Positions 36,050-48,800 of a stretch of 64,000 nucleotides of DNA are shown here, piece after piece. The translations under genes and the position numbers were made by a program. The stretch is from Takakia lepidozioides. Taxonomy: Eukaryota > Plantae > Bryophyta. The stretch covers positions 91,636,001 through 91,700,000 of the forward strand of contig CM060731.1 in assembly GCA_030704615.1 (NCBI GenBank), given 5' to 3'. The notes under the pieces were generated by a model. It was not told the origin of the DNA. It ran no database searches and worked only from the letters and a program-made list of their open reading frames with translations. Within the stretch, counting starts at the first letter, position 1, and the number at the start of each line of letters is the position of its first letter.

Positions 36050-37740
36050 CGTCCTGGAAAGGTTGATTACCACGAGTTCAGGCGAGGACATGAAGCAGAG
36101 ATTGAGGAGTGGAGGATGTATTGGTCACCTGACTACGTCTCCATTACTCGAGGCACGACGCGACCAATAGCTGCATCAGCGCCAATATCTCCCACTGCCA
36201 GCACTAGTAGTGGAACAAGTAGTGCCGGTACTTCTGCAGGTGGTACCAGTTCAAAGGGTGCTACTACTCCTCCTGCCACAACTACAACACATGTGCATAG
36301 ATTCAACCCGATGGTGGAGTTCTTCCAAGAGTTGCGGACGAACAACCAAGGCGTACGGACAGAGAAGCTGCGAAGTTTACAAGACTTCCAGCGCAAATCA
36401 AGTGAGAGCTTGCGAGAGACTTTAACGTGATGGATTTACCAAGCATTCTTCTAGCAGGAATGGTTTGGAGACCAACGAGCAAATGATGCGAGAATGCTCT
36501 ACCCGAACCAAAGACGTTTGTATGTTTTTGCAATGCACACAAGCCTGTGAGCTCCGCAAAACACTAAATAGATTGAAGGAACAATCCGGGCAGTCCATGC
36601 AACCCCCATCTCCAACGATAGTTTGTTCCTATGAATTTGCATCCCACGCACACATTGCAAACAGGACAACAAGGACACACAACCATCCCATTTCAAAATT
36701 GGCCTCGAATAAAAGCAAAATAAAACTTCATATCAAGTGTCACAATCATCAGAATCAGTATAATCGACCTCTTGTGCTATGTCATCCACAAAGATTCCGG
36801 CCCCAACACCACGTCTTCTACCACGGCCGTTGATGGTTGGACTGCGAGTGCCATGAACAGACATGCTTGCTGCGAGTGCCTCCGCATAGACAGATAGCAC
36901 GTAAGACTGAGGAGGACTTTGTTAGAGGACTGCTTGGGACTTAGACGCTTTTACGGGATCTGTGGGGTACCCTTAATTTTTACACAGACTGAGACCAACA
37001 GGAGCCTTAGGGGTGACAGCAACAGGCTTTAGGGGGGAAGATACACAGCCCGACACAGTCCATCACAGTCCGACACAGCCATCACAGCTTCGCACAACCA
37101 ACACAGCCCGTCACAGTCCAATACAGCCCGTCACAGCCAGTCACAGCCCGACACAGCCGCCACAGCTTCGCACAGTCCAACACAGCCCGACATAGTCCAT
37201 CACAGTCCGACACAGCCATCACAGCTTCGCACAGCCAACACAGCCCGTCACAGTCCAACACAACCCAACACAGCCAGTCACAGCCCGATACAGCCGCCAC
37301 AGCTTCGCACAGCCCTACACAGCCCGACACAGCCAGCCACAGCCCGCTACAGCCTGATACAGCCAGTCACACTCGTATGAGGCGCTTGATAAGTGTGACC
37401 CAAGGGGTTACTGAAGCTCAAGCAATCCAGTTCTGGTATGGAATTTTGGACAAGGAGCTCAAGAGAAGGGTGCGGGATGCAACCCTGTTATAAGCAGCCC
37501 AACCCACATTAGCAGATGTGTTTATGCTGGCTGAGCGAATTGAGCTCAACATAGTGGAGGAGCGAGTTGTTACCATTGGATTTGGCAAGGACATGCCTGC
37601 ACGAGGCGCAGCTGCCAGCCAACAGGTACAAGGGACTGCCCAACAGCGTGGTCAGGGGGGCAACCGCAACCAGGGTGGTATGTTGGATATGTGGAGGACC
37701 CCATGTCAAGAAAGATTGCCCAGAAAGTGGCAAAGGGCCG
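36050..37740 (+). pseudogene. gag: Retrotransposon gag, interrupted by an insertion at ~36427-37371
   Basis: LRSLQDFQRKSSESLRETLT resumes as RMRRLI..QFWYGILDKELKRRVR..PTLADVFMLAERIE; CCHC knuckle CWICGGPHVKKDC. Confidence 0.8.
36920..37371 (+). repeat. LTR-like repeat (starts TGTTAG) containing a degenerate ACAGCC satellite
   Basis: Reverse-complement homolog at 55261-55543 with the same TGTTAGAGG boundary; no TSD found. Confidence 0.6.
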
Positions 37741-37744
37741 TGGG

Positions 37745-38822
37745 ACAGAAATGCGGCCCCGCATATCCAACCGGACACCCATACACCCTTGCCTTCATGA
37801 CAGAGGGGACAGATATGCGGTGCCGTTTTCAGTCCCCACTACCAGTTACCCTGGCCTCCATAATAGTAGGACGGAAATGCGGCACCGCATTTCCGTCCCT
37901 CCTGCTATACACCCTTGCCTTCATGACAGTGGGGACGAAAAATCGGTTTTGTATTTTTGTCCGGACTGCCCTGAGACCCTTCCTTCATGACATTGGAGAC
38001 GGAAATGCGGTGCCGCATTTCCGTCCGGACAGCCATTGGACCTTGCCTTCATTACACTGGGGACGGACGGAAATGTGGTGCCGTATTTCCGTCCAGACTG
38101 CCATTGGACCTTGCCTTCACTACAGTGGGGACGGAAATGCGATGCTGCATTTCCGTCCGGACTACCAGAAGACCTTGCATTTATAACAGTGGGGACGCAA
38201 ATGCGGTGCCGCATTTCGGCCGTCCCCACTACTAGTTATCCTGGCCTCCATAACAGTGGGACGGAAATGCGGTGCCGCATTTCAGTCGCCACTACTAGTT
38301 ACCCTTGCCTCCATGACAGTGGGACGGAAATGCGGCACCGCATTTCCATCCCACCTACCATACATCCATTGCCTTCTTGAAATGCGGCGCCGCATTTCTT
38401 TCCAATGACGATGACTATAGAAAAAAAAAAATTAGGGTTCTGGTTTTTTATTCCACCACCCCATGCGGTCGGAAATGCGACGCCGCATTTCCATCCAACG
38501 GGTAGAGCTGGAAAAAACAAGGATTTTTTTTTAATTTTTTCCCCCCGGCCCCACCACCGTATGGACGGAAATGCGGCGCCGCATTTCAATCTAGCGGGGA
38601 TGACAAGAGGAAAGAAAAGGTTAGGGTTATTTTTTTTCCTCTCTATACCCCCTGTTGTTGGAAATGTGGCGCCGCATTCCATGCAGCGGGGACGAGTAGA
38701 GAACAACCGACCCAAAAAAAAAAAAAAAAAAAAAAAAAAACCCTCTTCCCCCTCCCTCCGGCCCCACCACCGTATGGACGGAAATGCGGCGCTGCATTTC
38801 CATCCAGCGGGGATGACTAAAG

Positions 38823-38857
<35 letters not shown>

Positions 38858-39246
38858 GGGAAGGGGAGTGGAAAAAAATAAAAAAATAAAATTCCCACCC
38901 CTATGCACGGAAATGCGGCGCCGCATTTCAATTTAGCGGCGATGACAAGAAAAAATAAAGTTAGGGTTGCTTTTTTTTCCCCCCCTCTACCCTCTGTTGT
39001 TGGAAATGCGGCGCCGCATTTCCATCTAGCGGGGATGACAAGAGTAAAAAAAAGGAAAAAAACAGAAACTCAGAAATTTTTTATTTCTTGTTTTAGCCCC
39101 CCTTTGGATGGAAATGCGGCACCGCATTTCAATCCAGTGGTGATGACTAGAGGAAAAACAATCAGGGGTTATTTCCCCCCTCCCCCCCTGTGGTTGAAAA
39201 TGCGGCGCCACAATTCCCATCCAGCGGGGATGATTAGAGGGTGGGG

Positions 39247-39286
<40 letters not shown>

Positions 39287-40630
39287 GTCTAACGACTTTC
39301 AAAGAGCACGGGTGGATGGCAGTCGAGACGGAAATGCGGCGTCCCGACTCGCGGGATGAACCTGGCGATGGAAATGCGTTGCCGCATTTTCGTCCGGACT
39401 GACACCTATCGATAACTTTATACCTGGTGGGACGGAAATGTGGTGCGGCATTTCCGTCCGGGTTCCCATTGGACCATGCCTTCTTACCATTGTGGATGGA
39501 AATGCGTTGCCGCATTTTTGTCCGGACTGACACCTACCGATAACTTTATACCTGGTGGGACGGAAATGTGGTGCCGCATTTCCGTCCGGGTTCCCACTGG
39601 ACCATGCCTTCCTACCATTGTGGATGGAAATGCGGTGCCGCATTTCCGTCCTAACTGACACCTAAGCATCCTTGATACATGGTGGGATGATAATTTCCGT
39701 CCGGGCTCCCATTCCACCATGCATTTTTAACAGTCGGGACAGAAATGCGTTGCCGCATTTTCGTCCGGACTGACACCTACGCATCCCTTAATACCTGGTG
39801 GGACGGAAATGCGGCGCCGTATTTCCGTTCGGGGTCCCACTGGACCATGCCTTTCTACCATTGTGGATGGAAATGCGGTGCCGCATTTCCGTCCTAACTG
39901 ACACCTAAGTATCCTTGATACATGGTGGGATGATAATCCGGTGCCGCATATCCGTCCGGGCTCCCATTCCACCATGCATTTTTAACAGTCTGGACGGAAA
40001 TGTGGTGCCGCATTTCCGTCCGGACTGACACCTAAGCATCCCTTAATACTTGGTGGGACGGAAATGCGGTGTTGCATTTTCGTCCGGGCTCCAACTATAC
40101 GATTCCTGAACAGGTGGTTGGATGGAAATGCGGTGCCACATTCTCATCCAGACATTGCTTTCCCGCGAGTCTGGACGGAAAGGCGCCACCGTATTTCCAT
40201 CCGGACTGATAGTGGACCATCCCTTCATTTCTGGTGGGACGGAAATGCGGTGCCGCATTTCCGTCCAGAAGACCACTTCAATTTGCGTACTTGGCAGTTG
40301 AAGGGAAATGCGGCGCCACATTTCCGTCCGAACTGTCATTGTACCTTTTCTTAATGACAGCTTCGACGGAATTGCGGTGCTTCATTCCAGGCCCGCTACC
40401 ACTTACTCTGGCAGACAGGACAGCGAAACGGAAGTGCGACACCGCATTCCCGTCGAACTTGCCAAACAACCTTTTCTTCATGATAGGATGGCCGCAAATC
40501 CAGCCATCCAGCCTTACCTTCCTGAGAATGGGGACGGAAATGCGGTGCCGTATTTCTGTCCCAACTGCCCTCCATGCTTGCCTTCAGTAAAGAGGGTTCA
40601 CGAAGGGGACGGAAATGCCATACCGCATTT
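37745..40630. repeat. Family-C array of the palindrome GGAAATGCGGYGCCGCATTTCC (dozens of copies, ~60-120 bp spacing, homopolymer-rich middle)
   Basis: Motif visible throughout; it also occurs at 56164-56185 inside the TIR-bearing element that starts at 55584. Confidence 0.92.
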
Positions 40631-41099
40631 ATCACTGACTGCCATCCACCCTGGCATCTTTATCCTCTTTCGTGATGCGGTAGGGCGGTATCCTGATCGA
40701 ACGGCCACTAATGTGGCACCACATTCGGTCTGTTGACTCATAGAGGCTGAAACGACAGTTGAAGGGGTCATTGCCAGCACATATTTGGAGGCGGCAATGC
40801 CGGACCGTTGCATCCACTGCCATCATCACTAACTGACAGACACTAGACCTCTATTTCTTTGAATTCAATTTACCGACGACACGGGGGCCACCTGCCTCAC
40901 GAGGAGACACGTAGGCCCCGACCTTTCGAATCCATACAGTGCATCTCTGCCGTTTGATGTCATCTTTCGCTGGTGACTCTTTCACTGCTCTAACACCCCT
41001 TCCAACACCATTCTTTGCCTCATTTCTTCTCTCTTATGCTGCACAGCCTCATAGTGAGGAAGTTGGTGTGCCAGAGAAGAGACTTTGTCGCAAACTCCA

Positions 41100-42256
41100 C
41101 AAATATTTCGGACCAATACCAATGCCGAAGAGGAAGCAAGTTTGCCGTCAGGAAGAGATGGTCATCACCGCACAGCATGCAACACAGTTGATACAGCTTC
41201 CAGTGAGATCTCGGTGCTTTTGGGATGCGGTCCCTTGATCGAGCACCGAAACCTTCTTTGCGTTGTGTTTTTTTGTTGCCTCGTGTGGCCTGTTGCTAGG
41301 ATACTTGAATGCATGGAAATGTTTGGATGTCTGATTCCAAAGGTGGAGGTGGTGGAGGGATCACAGGGCTCTGAAGACCCGCAAGACAAAATGGAGAAAG
41401 CTACTGTAGCCCACACACACCCCCGACCTTCGAGCACGGGTCCTCCTGTCGGGCCTAACCTTGTGCGCTTCAAGGACGTGCTTTGGAAAGGTAAAGGTTT
41501 CAAGTCGAAAGCAGCAGAGAAAGAGGCAATTTGACGATGAAGATGATAGAGAGTCGCCAACAGGAGTCATCCCCTTGTCCAGCAAATTAAAGAGCAGGAA
41601 GCATCAGGCTGTCGTTGAGGAATATACTACCCCATCGGATCAGTTCCCTTCCCCTACGAAGAGCAAGAAGCAAAAGGGGCGGTGGAGAATCGGATGAGAA
41701 CGGAGGAGTCCCCTTCCCCTGCAAAGAGTAAGAAGCAGAAGGGGGCAAAAGCAAGGGCAGAGCAATCTCCAACAAGACCCCTCCACGAGTTGAAGCTCAG
41801 TTCCTGCATGAGTTTCAGAAGGAAACCGGGGGCACCTCTGCAGAAGCTTATGCAGCTGCTCCGACGACGATCTCTAGCACTCCCGTCTTGGTCGATCTTT
41901 CAGCGGATGAAGGTGTTGTTTCTTAACATGGGGAGCTCGACTTCTCCTACCTAGAACAGGACTTTCTTGACAATAGGGGAGGTATAGACGACTACATCCT
42001 CCCACATGATCTGCCCGGCGACATTCCCAAGAATACAGGCATGACTCTGGGTGGTCCATCTGAACAGACCCTTCCCCCACCCCCAAAAATGTCGCAGGAA
42101 GATTTGCAGAGTGCAGATAATCAAATGTTGGAGGAGTCTCACAGCAGCATTGGCAGAGTTCTTAGGACCAAGGTCTTCCCTTGCACACTGCGAATTCCAC
42201 TCTGTCGAATGGTCTCCCTCTTGATAGTGAGGCTTGCTCTCCACTACCACGTTTAG
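41100..42256 (+). pseudogene. 5' part of a family-C cargo gene: charged N-terminus and the start of the ParB-like domain
   Basis: LRIPLCRMVSLLIVRLALHYHV (42188-42253) aligns with LFIPLCRMISMPAVRPALHHDI of the family-A ParB-like exon. Confidence 0.7.
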
Positions 42257-42775
42257 GGGGGGTTAGCGACGCCGGGACCCCGAGCGCGCCAGACGCAACG
42301 ACCCTCCTGCGACTGCTGCGCCGCGTAGGCGCCCGACCCGAAAATTGCGACCTCAGCGCGTCGCCTCCGCGCCGCTCTGGTGACGCTTCACCAGCTTGCG
42401 ATTCCGCTACGTCGCTGCAGTTGGGGCATGACCCACCCAAGCTGGGGTTTGCAACGCCCGGGCGTCGCACGTACCCTCTACGACGCTCCCGCAAGGCTGC
42501 GACTCCCGGGAATCGCAACAACACCCCCTCACACTTGCGTGGGGAGGGCCGAGCCAGCTCGCGCTGGGGTTTGCGACGTCCCGACATCGCAGCAATGCCA
42601 CAATGGCGACGTTGCGATTCCCCGCAGTCGCAGGCCTGCTGGGGCGTCGCAAGTGCCCTCTTGCCTGGGGGTCTAGGATTGGGGATTGCTGCTGCGTAAT
42701 AATTTTTTTTGGCTGTGTTTTGTTTTGTGAATTCGACCCTTGCACCACTACATCCGTGCAAACTATTGGACAAAA

Positions 42776-42776
42776 A

Positions 42777-42814
<38 letters not shown>
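42776..42814. repeat. (AAAT)n microsatellite
   Basis: Read directly from the sequence. Confidence 0.95.
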
Positions 42815-42815
<1 letters not shown>

Positions 42816-43470
42816 GTGTTTTCTTTGTTCACTATTGCAGAACTCTCTATGAATAGTGCATGAAGCTGAAGACAACTCAACTTTGGAGTGCAAATGAGGG
42901 AAAAAAATACGGTTTTGGGGCCAAATGGTTTTTATTCACTCTCAATTTTTTCACGCACATTGCATATGTTGTCATTAAGCATATGGTTTAAGAACGGAAT
43001 AAAAATAAAATCATGTGCAAACGAAATGCAGTTTTTCGTCTCTAAAACACGTAGATGCGTTCAATACTTGAATGACCCATTGAATGAACTTGGTTCAAGC
43101 TCATATTTGGTCCACACGCGCTTAAGTATGTCCAAATCACATATGCAAAGTCTCAAAAGATAAGCAACATTAAGAAATATGCTCATCAACAATGCATGAA
43201 CTTGAAGAGAACTCAACCTTGGAGTGCAAATGAGGGAAGAAAATATGGTTTTGGGTGCAGATGATGTTTGTTCATTGCCAAATTTTGCATGCACATTGCA
43301 CATGTTGTCATTAAGCATATGGTTTAAGAATGGAATAAATTTATTTCCTCAACAGACTCTGGAATGTAACGACGCTGCAAGCTTTCCCCGTGATACAACA
43401 AAGACGAAAATTGATTTGGAAAACTAGGAAGTATTGGCACTGAGTTGTTTTCTGAATTGACAGAGACATT

Positions 43471-44246
43471 GGTTGGAGATGGAATGCATGGAGAATGCTT
43501 GCATTGTTTTTTGCACTGTCTCCATAGAAGGCCAACGATCGTTGAAGCTTTTAATTGCGTAATAATTGATAAAGATGTACAACAAGTAGAAGTAGAGACT
43601 GATATTATCACCCAGATGAGGAACTGAAGCAGATCTTTCTTGTTGGAGATCACTCGGTGTATAAAGCTTTGGCATTATTTCAAAATCAACATCAAATCAA
43701 ACTTCAAATCAACAATCATCAAATCAAATCATGAATACAATACAATTGCACGTCGTTGCCTTTGTGGGAGTTGTTTGACATAATCACCTAAGTCGTAGCA
43801 AACATCCACTGTCAGGAGACAAAGTTGACATCTAGATACATCACTGGAATGGTTGGAGATGGAATGCATGGAGAATGCTTGCATTGTTTTTTTGCACTGT
43901 CTCCATAAAAGGCCAACGATCGTTGAAGCTTTTAATTACGTAATAATTGATGAAGATGCATAACAAGTAGAAGCAGAGACTAATATTATCACCCAGATGA
44001 AGGAACTGAAGCAGATCATTCTTATTGGAAATCACTCGGTGTATAAAGCTCTGGCCTTGTTTCAAAATCAACATCAAATCAAACTTCAAATCAACAAATC
44101 ATCAAATCAAATCATGAATACAATACAATTGCACATCGTTGCACTCCAGTTGCACGTTGTTGCCTTTGTGGGAGTTGTTTGACATAATCACCTAAGTCGT
44201 AGCTAGCAGACATCCACTGTAGACAACGTTGACATCTAGATACATC
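43471..44246. repeat. ~380-bp tandem duplication in AT-rich DNA
   Basis: ggttggagatggaatgcatggagaatgc at 43471 and 43851; both copies end gttgacatctagatacatc. Confidence 0.85.
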
Positions 44247-44739
44247 GAGGTTAGCTATTTCATGAGCATGAGTGGCATGAGCGGAGTAGCAAGACAATCG
44301 GTTTTCATGAGCAGAAGTACAAATTTTGGAAATAAAAAACATTAAAAATATTATTTTAATGGAATGTGTCAGGAAAAAAAAAAAAAAAAAAAACCAATAT
44401 AATATTCATTGTTTGAAGTAAAAATTGTAGTTTTGAGAGCCGTGCTCATGATATTTCGTCTTCTGCTCATGCGAATTCCGAGCGACATCTACAAAAATGG
44501 CGCCGAATTTCGTGGTAATAGGTTCCGCAACCGGAGAAATCTGCGACGTATTTCGCGGTAATAGGTGTCTCCGGCGAAAAATGGTGCCGAATTTCGCGGC
44601 TATAGGTCCTAACATGGCAGGTGTGTAAGCCCAAAATTTGGAAATGTGGTGCCGAATTTCGGTACATGGTGTCGGGATTGCACAGATGTTGGGCAGTTCT
44701 TGGGCCATGTAACTAGAGATTCGGCGCCATTTTTTCAGA

Positions 44740-46715
44740 CATCGGGCTTGCGGTGCTCGACGAGACCTCCTTAGGCAACATCACGGGACCACGAGGGAGC
44801 GTGCGAATATTCTTGTCAGCTCGCCATGAATCCTCTTCTCCGCCAGGTGCCTCGTCAAGTCTTCGTCTCATTGGACGGGTGTGAACATCTCCTTCCAAGT
44901 GTTGGCCACTTTGAAGCAATGGCGTGTCCCGAAGGCCCTCTCGCAAGGCTGCCGCCCACTTGCGAGGATTCTTCAATCTGGAGGCAGTCCGCATCAGCAT
45001 TTCCTGCCTGTCCGGCCCCAAGCCCCACTGTTTCCCTTTCAAGAACTCGTTGTACCTGCATTGCTGTATAATTGACCTCGCAATGTCCTCCGTTGTGGCA
45101 GTGAGGATGTCCACCAGATGCGCCGCAGAGGAGGCATGCCAGGAAGAATGTACTGATTCGGCCATGTTTGTTGTCGGCATGTCGGTGTCGGAGTCGAGAC
45201 ACATTTCCTGCACATGCACATGTTCAGGTTACAAGCAAATTACAAATAATGAGTAGCTAGCATAATATTCAACGGGATGCAAATTCGTCCAACTCACCTC
45301 CCGCATATAGTCGCCGAACTGGAGGAAACGATAATGCCACCATGCTAGCCAACTGACCATTGCTCCCTCGTCTGATTTCTTTACAGCACCTGACGTTGTC
45401 CACCAAGCCCGTATACATGCAAATTGTGTCTCTGCATCACACTTCCACGCAAGACACATGGAACGGTGCTCCTCTCTGAAATCTGGCGCCACGAGCCTGG
45501 TTGTGTACTGCGACAAGCTCTACAAAAAATGGAACCCACAAGATCTCTCCTTGCTTTTCATCGGAACATTGGGGTCTTCCCCGTACACCCTTCGGATGGC
45601 GGCCCAATTTGCTTGTGCGTTGTCCGCCATGAAACCACGGAAATTGGGAGGGGGAAATCCTACCCTGGCCATTTGTTTGTTTATTCCCTGCCAAAGAAAC
45701 ATCTCCGATTGTGTGTCCTCTCCTGTCATCTCACAAATAACAATTGTCATTAGCATCCTGCAGTGGGTGTCGTAGACATGTGCACCCATTGTCACCCACT
45801 GGTGATTTGTAATTCGCTTGATATGGTCGAACATGACCCAACTGTTTGACAAGTCCCCACTCGTCATCCGGTGGACCAGTTCGACGCCGCTGCTAGGCCC
45901 ACACGTTGACATTTTGAATACGAAACAACGATCTGCCGCAGTCCCTTGTCCTGGAAATCTACTTCCATGAATGTAGTCATATCCACATCGTCGCTTCACC
46001 TCCAGAATGGAGTGCATATCCGAGCCACGCCCAATTCTTTGTTTGCTAGAGACAATGTGGTTTCGGACATTCGATGAACAGACGTGGAACACCGACTCCA
46101 GCAATGCCTCCATTTCCTTCTCATCGAGAGGACTCTGTCGGAGCCGTCTTTCGACATAATTCTGGCCAATGCCATCTTATGGGCGGCCTCCTGAACGAAC
46201 TGCTCTGCCTCGTGGGCAGCCTCCCGCGAGTTACCCCTTGCCAATTTGTGACAATGGGAACCAACGTGTATGCAAACTTGTGTGAGGTCAGGGAAACGGT
46301 GCAACACATAGAATTGCTTGGCATTGTAAACAGACATGCAATGTGGTGGTTCTTTGCAATGTGCACACTTAAATGTGGAGTTTGGAACCTTCTCCTGAGC
46401 TCAAAATGGTTGATGAGCTGTGTCTGTCCAATCCATCTCGTTCCTGTGACCTCAAGATTTAAAGTGGAAGCAAGTTGGGGAGAAACACCGCAACGCGCCC
46501 GCACAAACAACGTAGCGCACCCGCACACCATTGAGCATCTTCATGCTGGTGGTTTTGGTGACGCACCAAGGATGACCGCCATGTTTCCTATCCATATCTA
46601 TCAACATTCCGGACGCCCTCGAATAGTCCGTTCGAGGAGGGAACTCAAAGAAGATATTATTGTCGACGTCTGCGGGAAGGCATGTAACGGATTTAATTGC
46701 GAACTTGTTGTAGTC
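44740..46715 (-). pseudogene. MULE transposase lacking the N-terminus and the C-terminal/SWIM region
   Basis: WVMFD, FMAD, CGFH and TTNMAESVH are present; deletions correspond to ~31011-31794 and ~33830-35080 of copy 1. Confidence 0.9.
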
Positions 46716-47149
46716 AGGAATGCGGCCCCTGGCCTTTGCGCAATAACTGCCAACAGTATGCAGTCAGAAGGTATATGACCAGTGCAGATGCGCTGCACAA
46801 ACCAATAATTGTGGCGTTTGACAAGAAGCGTGGGGGGGCAAGCGTGTAAGCACCTTCCCCATGGACAGAGGTGGCATTCTGCTCCCGTGTTGCACTGTTC
46901 TCATCAAGAAGCTGGAACCTCAATTGGCCTCTCAACAAGTTTATGACTAACAGGGTGTCGGTAGGTGAAGACAATGGATGCAGCCCGTTCGCCTATCCAG
47001 CACCAAATTTGTCTCTACCGGACGACATTGGTGGGCATAACGTGCCAAAAAGTGGACCGCAGGCGAAAAACTCTAAGTTGAGTGACTGATTAGACAAAAA
47101 AACGCGAAAGACGAATCAAAATTGTTGATGAAGGGTCGATACGGGCGTC

Positions 47150-48570
47150 TGTTGATGGATATTCGGTGCCGTTTTTCCATCCTGCAGATGATCTCCTCGA
47201 GACGACTCCATCCGTGCGGCCTTGGATGGAAATACGGCGCCGTTTTTCCATCCGAGGGATGTTCTCTGTCTGCTAGATGTCGGCCTTTCCCCCCGAGACG
47301 ACTTCATCCGACGGGCCTCGTATGGAAATTCGGCGCTGTTTTTCCATCCAGGGGATCTTCTCTGTCGGCCAGGTGTCGGCCTCTCCCCCCGAGATGACTT
47401 CATCCGACGGGCCTCGTATGGAAATTCGGCGTCGTTTTTCCATCCGGGGGATGTTCTCTGTTGGGCAGGTGACGTCCTCTCCCCACGAGACGACTTCATC
47501 CGAACGGCCTCGGATGGAAATTCGGCGCCGTTTTTCCATCCGATGGATATTCTCTGTCGGCCAGATGTCGACCTCTCCCCCCGAGACGACTTCATCCGAC
47601 GGGCCTCGTACGGAAATTCGGCGCCGTTTTTCCATCCGGGGGATGTTCTCTGTTGGCCAGGTGTCGGCCTCTCCCCCCAAGACAACTTCATCCGAACAGC
47701 CTCGGATGGAAATTCGGCGCCGTTTTACCATCTGAGGGATGTTCTTTGTCGGGCAGGTGTCGTCCTCTCCCCACGAGACGACTTCATCCGAACGGCCTCG
47801 GATGGAAATTCGGCGCCATTTTTCCATCCGGGGGATGTTCTCTGTCGGCCAGGTGTCGGCCTCTCCCCCCGAGACGACTTCATCCGACGGGCCTCGAATG
47901 GAAATTCGGCGCCGTTTTTCCATCCGGGGGATGTTCTCTGTCGGGCAGGTGTCGTCCTCTCCCCACGAGACGACTTCATCCGAACGGCCTCGGATGGAAA
48001 TTCGGCGCCGTTTTTCCATCCGATGGATATTCTCTGTCGGCCAGGTGTCGGCCTCTCCCCCCGAGACGACTTCATCCGACGGGCCTCGTATGGAAATTCG
48101 GCGCCGTTTTACCATCCGAGGGATGTTCTCTGTCGGGCAGGTGTTGTCCTCTCCCCATGAGACGACTTCATCCGAACGGCCTCGGATGGAAATTCGGCGC
48201 CGTTTTTCCATCCGATGGATTGTCGGCTAGGTGTCGGCCTCTCCCCCCGAGATGACTTCATCCGACGGGCCTCGTATGGAAATTCGGCGCCGTTTTTCCA
48301 TCCGGGGGATGTTCTCTGTCGGGCAGGTGAAGTCCTCTCCCCACGGATGTTCTCTGTCGGGCAGGTGTCGTCCTCTCCCCACGAGACGACTTCATCCGAA
48401 CGGCCTCGGATGGAAATTCGGCGCCGTTTTTCCATCCGAGGGATATTCTCTGTCGGCCAGGTGTCAGCCTCTCCCCCCAAGACGACTTCATCCGACGGGC
48501 CTCGTATGGAAATTCGGCGTCATTTTTCCATCCGTGGGATGTTCTCTGTCGGCCAGGTGTCGTCACCCTC
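47150..48570. repeat. Tandem array, ~15 x 96 bp (alternating dimer), core GGATGGAAATTCGGCGCCGTTTTTCCATCC
   Basis: Motif at 47324, 47420, 47516 and onward. Confidence 0.95.
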
Positions 48571-48800
48571 GATTTGACGCCATGTCGAATTAAATTTTGC
48601 CCCTCATTCGTGGGTACGGCTATATTAAATGTTGCTCTTTTTCTTTGCCACTTGCCCGACCTACGCTCGTGACCCATGCGTTTCAAACCGAGACAGCAAC
48701 AACACTTGCTCGCTCCGAGCTCCTCTCACTTCAGCTTCCCCACACTCCCCCTTCCCTGCGCACCCTCTCTGCTTCCTGGTAGCCCTTTCAATAGTCGGCG

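Noticed and set aside
37745-40630. CRISPR-like appearance (palindromic repeats with spacers), also at 17070, 27730, 47150 and 62495
   Set aside because: Spacers are mutually homologous or low-complexity, repeats are degenerate, no cas genes are present, and the context is eukaryotic
42250-43470. Helitron or host gene in the GC-rich then AT-rich segment
   Set aside because: No Rep/helicase motifs, diagnostic termini or credible ORF; only local duplications
47116-48686. Long ORFs with 32-aa repeats in several frames
   Set aside because: A by-product of a stop-poor 96-bp tandem repeat open on both strands; the same applies to ORFs at 27812-28646, 29595-31037, 37691-40736 and 62441-63998
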